A stretch of 54,322 nt of DNA from a virus (lineage: Duplodnaviria > Caudoviricetes): positions 1 to 54,322 of the IMG/VR virus record IMGVR_UViG_3300020436_002755, one strand, 5' to 3'. Below are positions 24,112-35,500 of the stretch, piece by piece. The first letter of the stretch is position 1. Each line of letters begins with the position of its first letter. The translations under genes and the position numbers were made by a program. The notes under the pieces were generated by a model. The model made no database searches. It was not told the origin of the DNA and was given only the letters and a program-made list of their open reading frames with translations.

Positions 24112-26042
24112 TAGATATCCACCACTTCACAACCACCGTCGGCGGCACAAGCCAATTCTTGTGCTCCAGCAGTAAAGTCTTGCTCCTCGTATTTAGACAA
24201 CTGTGACCAATCAACATTTTTTGGCATTGCTTTCAATGCTTCTTCATACTCTTCTTTAGTACAATCTTGATATGGTGCTTGTCTGTATGTATGCTCACTA
24301 AAAGGTAGGAATGAGATACCACTGATACTGTCAAAGTTTTCCCATACCCAGTTACCAACTTCCATCCACTCATGCTCTTTGACAGAAATCGTTACTGATG
24401 GTTTATGCTCACACCAATGTGTCTGATACTTCTGCCAAAGTTCAAGTTGCTCTTTTGCAGTCATATCTTGTCTGAATACTGCATTCTTTGGACTCTGCAT
24501 AGGAAATGAAAACACGGTTGTATGTTGTGGTTTCATTACATCTGCTTCGTTTGGAAACCCTGCATCTTTCATAAACGCACACAAAGGATCTTTATTGTCT
24601 GCACGTACAGTTCTGATGTAGTATGGATTATGTCTTGCATGAATACCTGATGCAGAATCAACTAACTGGCTGACCGTTCCGCTTGGCTTAACGCATGTGA
24701 TGGCGGCAGACTGTGGAATGTCAAGTTTATCTGCAAACTCTTTGTTTGTTACAACCGCTTCTTGTTTAAGATCTTCTAATAGTTGTTCAAGATTACCTTT
24801 CTTGCCATTGGTAATCGAATTGTCCATTATTCCTGTGAGAGAAACTCCCAAGAGTCGTTCTTCATCGCAGTTTCGTTTCCACTCTCTGGAGAGGTATTTG
24901 AAACTTGTGAGGGTTGATTGAAATGTGCCAAGGATAGTCGCAATCCTAACTTTCTTGCGTAGTGATTCGGCAGTGTCCCGTCCTCTGACAACGACTTCTG
25001 AAAGGTTGCAAAACTCTCTGCTTCTAAGTATGATCTCACTGCAGGGATTAGTTCCAAAGTCATCTCTTGGTTCTCTTCTGATTTCTTCTTCATTGTTTAG
25101 ACTCTCTACTTGTCTTCTGGCCGACATACTGTTATAGATTCCACGCTCCCCCGATTTAGAATCGTAGAGGGATAGCCACTCTCGCATGAAAGTCCCAATG
25201 TCTGGCTTTTCTTTATAATTAACCGAATTATTGGCGAGGGCTCGTTGAGGATTATTCTCCCACCACTGTCCCGACTTAGCGTGTCGCATTGACTCATCTT
25301 GTAAGTTTGACAGGCTGATGAGAGCAGACCTGCGAACACCACCAACAACAACAATCTCAGCAATTTTACATACAATGTCATGTGCTTCTACCGATTTAAG
25401 TTTGCGTCCAGCGGCATTCTGAAAAGTATTTATAGTGAATTTGAATAATTCTTCAAGGGGTTCTGGACCAGAGGCTCTTCCTCCGAATGTTTTAAGAGGC
25501 GTCCCTGCCGGTCTTACGTTTGACAAATCCCATCTTGGTATTTGACCTTGCCACACTAATGATAGCAATTCTTTATATGCTTTTGCCCAACCAAGTTTAG
25601 AATCTGCAACAATAATGGTCGTATCTGTTTCATGAAATTCTTCTGCTACTGGTGGCAATTTATTCACATATTCTTCTTCTACCGAGAACCCTACACCTGT
25701 ACCATTCATGAGAATATAGAGTATTTCATCAAAAGATCTTGGAGTATCTACCTTAACATACGAACAATTATATCCTGCAACATTTTCCTTTTTGAGTGCT
25801 TCACCTGCGGTCATCAAACATCTCATGCTAGGCATGACATCTAGATTAGTGATAGCCTCTCTCATATCTGCCTCTAACCCATTTTCTAATTTAAAACTAT
25901 GTTTAGTATCTAATTGTTCTTTGAAAAAATTGATGAATCTATCGACTGTTTCTTCCCAAGATTCTCTACGTTTCAATGCATAATTCCATCTGGCGTAGCG
26001 TGATAAATGTATAAAAGATTGGTACTCGGTAGGTAGAGGCAT
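24111..26042 (-). CDS. nrdJ: Class II (B12-dependent, monomeric-type) ribonucleotide reductase
   Basis: YNCSY, GTGVGFS, VVVGGVRRSALISLS, GTNPCSEI, TCVKPSGTVSQL, WCEHKPS, C-terminal LAC..GGCE. Confidence 0.93.
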   Translation of the reverse strand: MPLPTEYQSFIHLSRYARWNYALKRRESWEETVDRFINFFKEQLDTKHSFKLENGLEADMREAITNLDVMPSMRCLMTAGEALKKENVAGYNCSYVKVDTPRSFDEILYILMNGTGVGFSVEEEYVNKLPPVAEEFHETDTTIIVADSKLGWAKAYKELLSLVWQGQIPRWDLSNVRPAGTPLKTFGGRASGPEPLEELFKFTINTFQNAAGRKLKSVEAHDIVCKIAEIVVVGGVRRSALISLSNLQDESMRHAKSGQWWENNPQRALANNSVNYKEKPDIGTFMREWLSLYDSKSGERGIYNSMSARRQVESLNNEEEIRREPRDDFGTNPCSEIILRSREFCNLSEVVVRGRDTAESLRKKVRIATILGTFQSTLTSFKYLSREWKRNCDEERLLGVSLTGIMDNSITNGKKGNLEQLLEDLKQEAVVTNKEFADKLDIPQSAAITCVKPSGTVSQLVDSASGIHARHNPYYIRTVRADNKDPLCAFMKDAGFPNEADVMKPQHTTVFSFPMQSPKNAVFRQDMTAKEQLELWQKYQTHWCEHKPSVTISVKEHEWMEVGNWVWENFDSISGISFLPFSEHTYRQAPYQDCTKEEYEEALKAMPKNVDWSQLSKYEEQDFTAGAQELACAADGGCEVVDI

Positions 26043-26051
26043 TTTTACTCC

Positions 26052-26867
26052 TTATTTTAACTTCTCTAAAAATTCTTTTGATTCTCTTTCTGATAAACCA
26101 TATTTAGACATAACCCAACTTCCATTAAGATTCTCTTTTATAATTTTCATCTCTTTTGCGGAAAATGTTTTTGAGTTAAGAATATAGTCTTCAAAGGCTT
26201 CACAACAAATAGGAAATTCTGGTTTTACCAATTCGTACATTGCACTGGCATAATCTTGTATCTCTTTTTGTGCGTGAGCATCCATACGTAATTTAGCAAA
26301 ATGAAAAAAGTTGTTCAAATCTATTTTCCAAATACATTCTGTGTAATTAGAAACTGGTAAAACTGTTCTTGCAAGTTCTCTCGCAATACCCTTAAACCCT
26401 TCATAAAATCCATCTAATGGGTTTGGCGTGGCAATTTGTCTATAACACTCTTTTGCTTGATCTGTTACTGCAACCATGCGTCCAAGAACCAACATTTTAT
26501 TATTTTCGTCTAAGTCTTTACCACGACCTTGATTATTTGATGATGATTGTTCTTGTACATCGGCTTCAGCAGGCAAATAAAACTCATCACTCATTATAGA
26601 GTAACGGCCAGAGTATTCGTTTATGTTAGCAGTCCTATGTCTAACAAGTTGTCTCATCACGAATATTGGTAGTTTGATATGAAACTTCACTTCACACATC
26701 TCAAATGGTGATGTATGTTTGTGTCTCATCAAATAACGAATTAGATTCCTTGTTTGGCTTACCTTCCGTGTCCCTTCACCGTAACTAATTCGGGCGGCAT
26801 TTTCGACTTCCTCATCATTGCCCATCACTTCTAATAACTTCACAAAACCATGCTTATGTATTTTCAT
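26052..26867 (-). CDS. thyX: FAD-dependent thymidylate synthase
   Basis: AARISY, HTSPFE, RQLVRHR, NEYSGRYS, ELARTVLP, HAQKEI. Confidence 0.96.
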   Translation of the reverse strand: MKIHKHGFVKLLEVMGNDEEVENAARISYGEGTRKVSQTRNLIRYLMRHKHTSPFEMCEVKFHIKLPIFVMRQLVRHRTANINEYSGRYSIMSDEFYLPAEADVQEQSSSNNQGRGKDLDENNKMLVLGRMVAVTDQAKECYRQIATPNPLDGFYEGFKGIARELARTVLPVSNYTECIWKIDLNNFFHFAKLRMDAHAQKEIQDYASAMYELVKPEFPICCEAFEDYILNSKTFSAKEMKIIKENLNGSWVMSKYGLSERESKEFLEKLK

Positions 26868-27877
26868 ATTTTATATTCCAACATTTTTGTTTTCGCAACT
26901 AGACCAGAATAAACATTATTTTTCAACTCACTTATAACATCTATTCCACCTAAAATCATATCATTAATATCTTTATGCTCTATGTACCGAGGCCATATGA
27001 CAATCTTATGTTGTCTTTCGATTGTCGCTTCCATCTTCTTAATCGTTTCACGGTTTCTTCTTTCATTATCATAAACGAATATCAGTTCTTGATTAATGAA
27101 ATGTTTTATTGCTGAAACTAAATCACCACCTGCAACTGCGATACAATTTTCAATGAACAAGGAGTCAATCGGACCTTCGACTACATAAATTGGCTTACTT
27201 ATATCAACTCTATCAAGACCATAAATTTTGGGGTATTGTTCATCAATTCTTACAGTAATATATCTCAGATCCGATTGACCAAGGGCTCGTCCTTGAACGG
27301 CAAACATCTTCCGTGATTTATCAAAGAAAGGAATTACTAACCTCGGCTCCTCATAAAGATGCTTATATATATCATCATTGGAAATTTCAAGTTCATGAAC
27401 AAATGACTTAAAATTTTCTGCATAGAATAAATTTCTATGATGCTCTTTCGGTATGCCTCTCTTTATCACATACTCTTTACAGTAATGCTCATCGTCTAGT
27501 GAATTGACTGAATCTAGTTTTTGTAATGGTGATGAATCATTGGAAAACTTCGGAGTCTCAAACTTAAACTCAGGTTTTTCTACTGGTGAAAATGTAGAGG
27601 CATTATTAGTGTAACTCTCCATAATATATTGATTATGAAGGGTTGGATTAAGTTCCTTGATAAGATTTGCAAGACTCATACTCGCAGAACAATTATGACA
27701 TCGATAGAATAACATATTTTCTCTACGATAAACATAGCCTCTGGCTTTATGTTTTTTCGTTTGAGAGTCACCGCAAATAGGACATCTGAAATTATACAGA
27801 TCATCTCTCTTACGTGTAAAACGTTCTAATTGTCCTGAAAGCAAATTGACGTATTTTTGATCAATGTATATACTCAT
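26864..27877 (-). CDS. gp61: T4-like DNA primase gp61
   Basis: NFRCPICGDS...CHNC zinc finger; PRLVIPF, QGRAL, VVEGPIDSLF (Toprim), KDINDM. Confidence 0.95.
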   Translation of the reverse strand: MSIYIDQKYVNLLSGQLERFTRKRDDLYNFRCPICGDSQTKKHKARGYVYRRENMLFYRCHNCSASMSLANLIKELNPTLHNQYIMESYTNNASTFSPVEKPEFKFETPKFSNDSSPLQKLDSVNSLDDEHYCKEYVIKRGIPKEHHRNLFYAENFKSFVHELEISNDDIYKHLYEEPRLVIPFFDKSRKMFAVQGRALGQSDLRYITVRIDEQYPKIYGLDRVDISKPIYVVEGPIDSLFIENCIAVAGGDLVSAIKHFINQELIFVYDNERRNRETIKKMEATIERQHKIVIWPRYIEHKDINDMILGGIDVISELKNNVYSGLVAKTKMLEYKI

Positions 27878-28728
27878 TTCACTCTATTGTCCCAGATTTT
27901 TGAGAAACATAGTCTATTTGTATTACCACCTCTATTATATTCATCATATAAATTTTTTGTATCAATGCCAAAGATAACAGAACTTGATGGTTCGACATCA
28001 AGTTCATCACACATTTTTTTCTGTTTTGATCGATATTTGTTAAGCAACCACTTGTTGTCAAATTTACCTATGAATTGCTGACCATAACCTATGCTATAAA
28101 GATTGATGTATTTGTTTTGATTATAAGCAACCATTGTATCATCATATAATGTTTTGTCAAGTCTTATTCCTATTCTGTCATATTCTAATGGAAATACTTT
28201 GCTCATTGAAGTTGTAACGGTCTCTATGCAATCAAAGTTAAGATTCAATTGTAGATCTGTCAAATTAATATATGCTAAGTCAAGAAGCACTGGTATTTTT
28301 TTCTCATCACATTTGCTCAATATATTATAAAAACCTACTGGTACATTGCCTGTGTCAGAAAAAGGACAACTCATTATGACAACATCATTCACTTCTAATG
28401 GTTCTTCATCTATCCATGTGACACCAGAAAAATAGTTTCTACTCGCTATCTGATGATAAAAATATTCACCTTTTAATATACGCAATCTTCTCGTATGGTG
28501 CTTCAGATAAAATTTGTCGAATGTTTCGGTGGTTCCTTGACTAAAACTCAAATGAGGAAATAGATCAAAATCTTTTTGATTAATCCAATCTTTATAATCA
28601 TTTAGAAACTCAATAGGATCACCTTGCATATGTTTTTGTTGAAGTCTAAAATTTAATGACTCCTCATCATAGATGCTCCAAGCACCTCCATATCTTTTTT
28701 CTTTCAGATGCGGTAATGTTTTATTCAT
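27874..28728 (-). CDS. PLP-dependent aminotransferase-fold protein
   Basis: GTTETFD, SCPFSDTG, LLDLAY, SMSKVFP...RIG (PLP Lys region); likely start MNKTLPH at 28728. Confidence 0.7.
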   Translation of the reverse strand: MNKTLPHLKEKRYGGAWSIYDEESLNFRLQQKHMQGDPIEFLNDYKDWINQKDFDLFPHLSFSQGTTETFDKFYLKHHTRRLRILKGEYFYHQIASRNYFSGVTWIDEEPLEVNDVVIMSCPFSDTGNVPVGFYNILSKCDEKKIPVLLDLAYINLTDLQLNLNFDCIETVTTSMSKVFPLEYDRIGIRLDKTLYDDTMVAYNQNKYINLYSIGYGQQFIGKFDNKWLLNKYRSKQKKMCDELDVEPSSSVIFGIDTKNLYDEYNRGGNTNRLCFSKIWDNRVK

Positions 28729-29245
28729 AGCATGTGAGTTGTAAAGTGTATCTGTTTTCAGTACCCAAGTTAAAGGCGGCATGTAATGTCTCACCTTTCC
28801 ATTGAACAAAACAACCTTTTGTGTAATTTGTAATCACTTCATTTTCTATTTGTATGTAATGACCTGGAATGTAATCTTGCATAAAAATTATTATTCTCGT
28901 TATACTTCCAGAACTATCTAGATTGTAAATTTTCTTAAATTTATTGTACGGGTCTTTATGAAGAGGAAGAATCATCCCTGGTTGCAATCTATGAAAACCA
29001 GGTGTTATAACTTTATATCTCTTAAATGGTTCTAGTTTCATTATTTCATCAACGAAAGAAGGCATAACATTAGGTAAAAAATATGCATCATTACCTAGTA
29101 CATGTTTATATCTTTCGTGATGATAATGATCGAAAGAGGGATTAATTTGATATGTTGGAACAAAACGAAAATCAAGATTCTCTATCTCATCGATGGACCA
29201 ATCTATTTTATTAAAATTGTAAAATTTAATATCATCCATAGACAC
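28721..29245 (-). CDS. 2OG-Fe(II)/aspartyl-asparaginyl beta-hydroxylase-like oxygenase
   Basis: LQPGMILPLHKD (HxD), HAAFNLG..NRYTLQLT. Confidence 0.75.
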   Translation of the reverse strand: MSMDDIKFYNFNKIDWSIDEIENLDFRFVPTYQINPSFDHYHHERYKHVLGNDAYFLPNVMPSFVDEIMKLEPFKRYKVITPGFHRLQPGMILPLHKDPYNKFKKIYNLDSSGSITRIIIFMQDYIPGHYIQIENEVITNYTKGCFVQWKGETLHAAFNLGTENRYTLQLTCYE

Positions 29246-29273
29246 ATTATATACTAAAAAATCAAAATGTCAA
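29246..29273 (-). promoter_or_regulatory. Sigma70-type promoter
   Basis: TTGACA-16 nt-TATAAT; ATG at 29239 lies 6 nt downstream (leaderless geometry). Confidence 0.75.
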
Positions 29274-29274
29274 G

Positions 29275-29421
29275 TTATAGACCAACCTGCTTCATTACTA
29301 TAGTAAGTTCTTCTTCACTAATTCTATTGTCTTTTGCGTACTTATAGAGAGGCGCTAGATCTCTCGTTTTAGTTTTATTTTTGAGTGACAGTGCCAATTT
29401 CACGAGATCATTGTTTTGCAT
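29275..29421 (-). CDS. Small hypothetical protein (48 aa)
   Basis: Not in track: MQNNDLVKLALSLKNKTKTRDLAPLYKYAKDNRISEEELTIVMKQVGL; fills the gap. Confidence 0.55.
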   Translation of the reverse strand: MQNNDLVKLALSLKNKTKTRDLAPLYKYAKDNRISEEELTIVMKQVGL

Positions 29422-29635
29422 ACTCTAACTCTTCTACTTCACTATTCAGAGCAAGTTTAGCAGACATTTTATCAACTGTTTCTGAAATATGTTTTACTTC
29501 AGTCTTGACAGTTGCAATGTCTTCTTTGAGTTCTACTACATTAACGAGACTCCAACCAACAATACCAATGATTGCAACAATCATCGGTGTAACAACCATC
29601 TGTAATAGAGTCTCGTGTGTCATTTCTTTATCCAA
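29408..29635 (-). CDS. Single-TM coiled-coil protein
   Basis: TM helix followed by heptad pattern. Confidence 0.6.
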   Translation of the reverse strand: MDKEMTHETLLQMVVTPMIVAIIGIVGWSLVNVVELKEDIATVKTEVKHISETVDKMSAKLALNSEVEELEYAKQ

Positions 29636-29981
29636 TACTATTTACCATCTTTAATAAACTTTTACCCATGGCAATAGCATCATTTACTTTTTCTACGGCG
29701 GCATCAACTTCTGCATCAACATCGATATCACCACCTAAACCCAACTCAGTCATTGAATATTTAGCAAGTTCTACAATTTCATCGACAGATAAATCTTCAA
29801 TTTCAGGGAGAACTTCATCAATATTTTCTACTGCAGGAGCAATTTTTTTGAGTGGATCAACAAAGTTTTTTGCATCGTACCAATCGAAATCACCATCTGC
29901 TAAACTAATTTTAATTGCATTAGCCATACTGAATACAAACGCTAATACCTCTCTTGTTTCTTTAACTCCTCTTTCAGACAT
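29628..29981 (-). CDS. Hypothetical acidic protein
   Basis: 117 aa; GGAG SD; GVKETREVL...LADG motif. Confidence 0.7.
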   Translation of the reverse strand: MSERGVKETREVLAFVFSMANAIKISLADGDFDWYDAKNFVDPLKKIAPAVENIDEVLPEIEDLSVDEIVELAKYSMTELGLGGDIDVDAEVDAAVEKVNDAIAMGKSLLKMVNSIG

Positions 29982-29992
29982 TTATTTCTCCA

Positions 29993-30934
29993 TTAAGAAT
30001 ATGAATTTAATTGTGTGCCACTGACATCAAATATTTTTGGCACATACGTATCACCTTCAGATACAATTTTATTTCCTGTCATTAGAACAAAATCTCCATT
30101 TGCATAAAGTTGCAAATTATCTTGACCAACAGAAAACTTATAAATGTCACCAACAGAATCTCCTGCAGTTGTGCCTGTCCAAGTAATTTGAATACCTAAT
30201 TCAATATCTAATGCAGATGCAGACATATCAAAATCGGAACTATAATTATTATTGTTATTGCTCCATGCCCATTTATGTGGTGTCGTTGATACATTTGTTG
30301 TTTTGACATAATATGTTACAGGACTAGGACCACCTGTATAAGTTCCACTGACTGCAAAATCAGATGTTGCTGGCGAACCAACCGAAGTGTGCATTGAAAC
30401 TGCACTAATGTCACCACCATCATTTGTTCTAAAAATTAATCTTCCTTTAATATCGGCACTCGATCCAGGATGATTCACTTCTATTTCAGCCATCTTATGT
30501 GGTGTAGATAATGTTGTTAATGGTACTATAATGGTCGATTGCCATGCATCGTTTAATGTATGACCTGTCGTTGCTCCCCACAAAATTGTTACACCCTCAT
30601 CTAAATTTTGAGGTCCGTCACTTCTCATTTCAATATCACTTCCATTATACGATGAGCCTCCATCGTCACTATATTGAAATGAATCTGGTGTGCCAGTTGC
30701 GGTTACCTTAACTCTGTAATTTTTTGTTGAACCACCGGTGTATGTTCCACCAAAAGTTGCATCATTAAGACCTGTTCCTGTTACTTGAGAAGTTGGTCCT
30801 ATGCCATTAGTGACATCGTTAAAATCATTTTCCCCGTCTTTAAATCCATAGAAAGTGATTTTATTTTGTCTAGCACCATCCGTATCACCCTCATCTGGAG
30901 ATAAAAGTTCTAAATTTTGTCTTATTACTGCCAT
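29993..30934 (-). CDS. Virion structural protein with two tandem beta-rich repeats
   Basis: Duplicated unit GTYTGG...Y.VK.T...TP....S..GxxIxWxxTT; G/T/S/D rich. Confidence 0.6.
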   Translation of the reverse strand: MAVIRQNLELLSPDEGDTDGARQNKITFYGFKDGENDFNDVTNGIGPTSQVTGTGLNDATFGGTYTGGSTKNYRVKVTATGTPDSFQYSDDGGSSYNGSDIEMRSDGPQNLDEGVTILWGATTGHTLNDAWQSTIIVPLTTLSTPHKMAEIEVNHPGSSADIKGRLIFRTNDGGDISAVSMHTSVGSPATSDFAVSGTYTGGPSPVTYYVKTTNVSTTPHKWAWSNNNNNYSSDFDMSASALDIELGIQITWTGTTAGDSVGDIYKFSVGQDNLQLYANGDFVLMTGNKIVSEGDTYVPKIFDVSGTQLNSYS

Positions 30935-30941
30935 TTAACTC

Positions 30942-31169
30942 CTAAACATTTTTTGGTGTATTTTCTGGATATGAATCGCCAACCTCTGGCATACTCATAT
31001 CATGCAAATTAGGTCCTGCAGGAACACAACCTCCTAATTCGTTGTGCATCACAAAACCTTCAGGACATTTTCCGTTTTCTGGAGGTAATCCTCCTGTTGA
31101 GTATTCTAATGTCGATGAACCTTCAGTTCTTTTTTTCGAGTTCTTAATGAAAGTTTTGAATCCCTGCAT
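30942..31169 (-). CDS. Small protein with capsid-targeting-like N-terminus
   Basis: MQGFKTFIK; CPEGF...CVP disulfide-like motif; AGGAG downstream serves the next gene. Confidence 0.55.
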   Translation of the reverse strand: MQGFKTFIKNSKKRTEGSSTLEYSTGGLPPENGKCPEGFVMHNELGGCVPAGPNLHDMSMPEVGDSYPENTPKNV

Positions 31170-31890
31170 TTTCTTTACCGTATTTTAAATAAAGCATTGC
31201 ACCTGTTAAACTATCTTTGATTATAATTGCTTTACCAGGATTTGCTCTGCCATATGCTCTAATTTCTTGACCTATCTCGTCATTACCAACATAATTTTCA
31301 TATTTAGCATATTTTTTCTTACCAAATCTTGCTTTCATAAAAACATTAGGATCTACCGTAAAAACTTCTGACCCTGCAAATTTTTCTCTCTTTTTCTTTT
31401 TTTGTGCCGCCGTAATTCCTGGTGGCTCTCCATCAGGACCGACACCAATTCCTGCTATATTACCACCACCTGCATCTAATTCTTTAAGATAATTTTCTCT
31501 CAATGTTATTTGTTCTTTAACCAACTGTACATCATTCTCATCAGTTTTCATAAATTTAAAAAATTCTTCTTGAAGAAAACTTTGATCATGATAATGTCTA
31601 TATGATAAATCTTCTTTTAATAAAAACAGAGCCGCCGCAAATGTAGCAAATTTAGATCTACCACCTGGTACTTTGCCTAGTATTTTTTTAAGATTGAAAA
31701 TCATCGTATCTGTAATTGTGTAAGCCTCTTTTTCCTCTGTGGATTTTAGTGTGCTTCTTCTCTTTAATACTTTTCCTTTTTCATCAATAATACCCAATCT
31801 ATATGCATCCGTTTTGTCAAAAGGTGTTGTCAATTTTGTCAAAAATTGATATGCAAAATATATGTTACCTGCTGACTTTAAAAGTGACAT
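31144..31890 (-). CDS. Conserved T4-like phage protein
   Basis: YQFLTKLTTPF...AYRLGIIDEKG, AAALFLLKE; GIAG..PDGEPPG linker after LKE. Confidence 0.7.
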   Translation of the reverse strand: MSLLKSAGNIYFAYQFLTKLTTPFDKTDAYRLGIIDEKGKVLKRRSTLKSTEEKEAYTITDTMIFNLKKILGKVPGGRSKFATFAAALFLLKEDLSYRHYHDQSFLQEEFFKFMKTDENDVQLVKEQITLRENYLKELDAGGGNIAGIGVGPDGEPPGITAAQKKKKREKFAGSEVFTVDPNVFMKARFGKKKYAKYENYVGNDEIGQEIRAYGRANPGKAIIIKDSLTGAMLYLKYGKENAGIQNFH

Positions 31891-32282
31891 TAGATTTTCC
31901 TTAACTCTTCCGCTATTTCAAGATTTAATGAAATGTCAGAACTAATTACAATGCGACCATTGATAGAATCTATACTATCAGGCATGTATTTTAAAAAAAT
32001 TAAAAATGTTTTTAATTCGCTCCAGTATTCTTCTGGAATTTTTAAAAACAATATTCTTGTTAAAACTTCTACAGGAAAAACATTTCCAAGCATAATAATA
32101 TGATTAAGCATCAACCTTGTTTTTAACTCTCCTGTTTTCTTATATCGATTTAATAAACGTTTAATATATTTAATAATTTTTAAATCGTTATAAAAATCTT
32201 GTTCGCTTAAACATTGAGCATTATCATAAAATTTCATTGCAAATAGGATAAAATTTTGTTCCGTAATGTCATCAAATTTCAT
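31890..32282 (-). CDS. Conserved T4-like phage protein
   Basis: NFILFAMKFYDN.QC....F..DL...KYIKRLL.RY...GELK.RL.LNHII pattern recurrent in marine T4-like phages. Confidence 0.75.
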   Translation of the reverse strand: MKFDDITEQNFILFAMKFYDNAQCLSEQDFYNDLKIIKYIKRLLNRYKKTGELKTRLMLNHIIMLGNVFPVEVLTRILFLKIPEEYWSELKTFLIFLKYMPDSIDSINGRIVISSDISLNLEIAEELRKI

Positions 32283-32515
32283 GATTCAGATGGAACCATT
32301 AATGGTTTTTTGTTTTTTTTAAGTCTGTCTGCTTTTTTATTATCTTCTTTTTCAGACTCTACAAAAAAACTACAGGTCTGTATGGCACCATCTAACATAA
32401 AACTTTTGTTTTTCAAATTCTCAAGTTCTAACTCCATTTGAGCAATTGTTTTAACAATTGTCTCTTTGTCTTTCAATAATCTATTCAATTCATTTTCTAA
32501 TAATTCAAGATGCAT
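32279..32515 (-). CDS. Small coiled-coil protein (fibre chaperone-like)
   Basis: Heptads ending in LDGAIQ; directly downstream of the fibre gene. Confidence 0.55.
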   Translation of the reverse strand: MHLELLENELNRLLKDKETIVKTIAQMELELENLKNKSFMLDGAIQTCSFFVESEKEDNKKADRLKKNKKPLMVPSES

Positions 32516-32524
32516 AATACTCCA

Positions 32525-35500
32525 TTATTCAGTTTCTATAAATTTTTCTCCTGTAAAATCTTCTAATTTTCTTATCATTCGTTCCATATTTATTCTTGTA
32601 ACTTTTCCTGTTTTCACATTTCGTGAAAAGAATTCCCATTCTCCATCTTTATTATGTGGTCCTAATTGAGTTTCGTTACCACCCTCGTCCATTGTATGAA
32701 TGTGAGTCTCACCACTCACATCTTTTGCATACAGATACGCTTGTCCATCTGGTAATGATGTTGGTGCTACTCCGTTACCAATAGTTAAGACATTATTTGC
32801 AGTTGCTCCTATATCAGATGTGCTTGTGCTTGTTGAACCAATGCTAACAGATCTTATTTTAAGATTCAAATCATCAGCCGTATAATCATAGAAAATTCGA
32901 TTATCAGTAACGGTACCAGGCATTGTAACATTTGCATTAAATGTTGTATTGCCAAAAACTGTTAATTTTTGTCCAATATTCACACTTTTAGCAATACCTG
33001 CACCACCAGTGACTTTTAAAGCACCTGTAGTATTTGAAGATGAAGTTGTAGTGCCTGATATAACAACATTAGCAACTTTTATTTGACCAGGTTTTGACCC
33101 ATCTAAAACAGTAAAATCTACTCTATTTTCAGAATCGGTATGAATAAATCTTTCTGCTTGTGTTTGACCTTCAGTTCCACCAGCGGCAATTTGCAATTTA
33201 TTAAGAATCGCAGTAGTTACTCCTGTTATACCATCGAGTACGTTAAGTTCAGCGGCAGTAGATGTAACCAATGTACCATTTAATTTCAATCCATTCGATG
33301 ATCCGTCATGACCTGCAACATCTAAGTCTTTGGCAGATGCAATTGTAACTGCTGATGTAGTTGCAGAAACCGTTTCCTGAAAATTTTCTACGGCTGATAG
33401 ATCGGCGGCCGATAATGTTGCAGAAATGCCATCGAGAACATTTAATTCAGCCGTTGTAACTGTAGCATCATCCAATATATTAAGTTCAGCGGCGGTGGCA
33501 GTGACCATTGTTGATCCTAAGACCAATCCCTCATCTGTGCCATTGTGGTTGGTTACTTTCAATTCTGCTCTAAATTCAGAATCATTTGACACAAGCACTG
33601 TACCTGCAACATCTAATGATGCACCTGGTGATCTTGTGTTAATACCTAGACGCCCATTAGAATCTCTCACAAAAACATATTGTGATGCACTACTACCTAA
33701 TTTAACTCCAGCATCAGAGGCAACAGATGTATTTCCTGCTATCACAACATTTGCAGATGAATCACTTGTAATTGAATGATTACCAATATCAAGAACCCCT
33801 CCTAATTGTGGAGTAACATCATCTACTAAATCCACCATATTCACACCTGTACCAGATGAGAACACTAAATTTCCTGAAATCAAACGTAAAAACTGTCCGT
33901 TAGAACCTGCAGTATTAGGAAGATTATATGCATCACTCACTCTTATTACACCATTTGCGAGACCCCCATAAGTACCTAAATTGATGACACCATTTGCAGA
34001 TGAAATTTGCGTACCATCAAGTATCATATCACCACCAAAAATCATACCAGTGCTATTACTTGCTAATCTATCGGATGCTAAATCTTCTAGTAAAAAAGAT
34101 CCATTATCAGTACCACTATCAGATGCCGTACCATCTTCCAACAATAATGTACCTTCTGTTGATGTGGTATCGTTGATGGTCATTTGTGCGCCAAAATTTA
34201 TTGATTTACCATCTTTTACATATACACTTTCACCTGCAATTAAATGTTGTTCAAGGTCTATATTTACATTAGAAAATAATTCATTTCTTTTAGTATCTAA
34301 CTTTATAAATTCTGACGTACTATTAGAATTCAATACAACGTCACCATTTGCGTGAAATGTCATGGCAACACCTGCAGAAGATGTACCTACAGTAATATTT
34401 GCACCTAGAAATACATTACCTGCAATATTAGCGGTTCCTGACATTTCAACATTTCCTGAAATATTTACGGAACCACCAAGATTAGTGTTTGCACTTGTTG
34501 TAACAAGTGTAGTATTCGATGTGAATTGAGGTAAAGTCGTATTTGCAGTTACTACTAAATCAGTTCCAGCGATTGTTGTTTTTGTTGCATCAATTGTTGT
34601 ATTTGCTGAACTAATTTTGGTATTTGCTCCTTCAATAAAAAGATTTGCAGTAACATTAGCGGTTTGACCTGCGAGAGTTGTATTTGCAGATGTATTTAAT
34701 GATGTTGTTGTTATAGTAACTTTTGTCGCTGAACCAATAGTAATTTCACCATCTGCGTTTGAGTTAATAAACTCTGTATCATCTCTTAATTGAAGAGATT
34801 TGTCTGTTGAAATTTTAACGTTATCAGTAAAATTACCAAATGATCCAGATACATTTCCAGTAGCGGTCACATCTCCAGAAGCATTTACATTACCTGTTGC
34901 AATCACATCATCAACGTATAAAAATCTATATCTATCAGTATTTGTTCCTAAATCATGTGTAGAGTCAGCGGATGGAATAAGAGATGAACCCAAATCAGCA
35001 TTAAATTGAACTGTATCAGAGTCAGAATCACCTAATGTTACAGTACCACCATCAGCAGTTATATTACCGTTAGCATGTATGTTTCCATGAACTGTTAAGT
35101 TACCACCAACTCTTACATTTTTCTTAACACCAAGACCACCAGCAGTTACAATTGAACCTGTAGTATTTGATGTTGATTCTGTTGTATCGGTAACATTAAC
35201 ATTACCTGCAACCGATAAATCATCTCCAATCGAAGTGTTTCCAGTTGTCGTAATGTTACCTTTTACATAAACATTTGCAACACCTGATGGTTCTATATGA
35301 ACATTAGCACCTGTTATGTTTAAATTTGCAGTTAATGTAGTATTGGCTGTGATGTAATTATTAGTGCCTGTTATATTAACATTTGCACCACTCATGGTGA
35401 CGTTTGAAGATACAACAGTATTTGTACCTTGCAAAGTTGTGTTTGATGAAGAAATTGTATTACTCGCATCAATAGTCAGAAGTGCAGTGTCAGCACCTTT

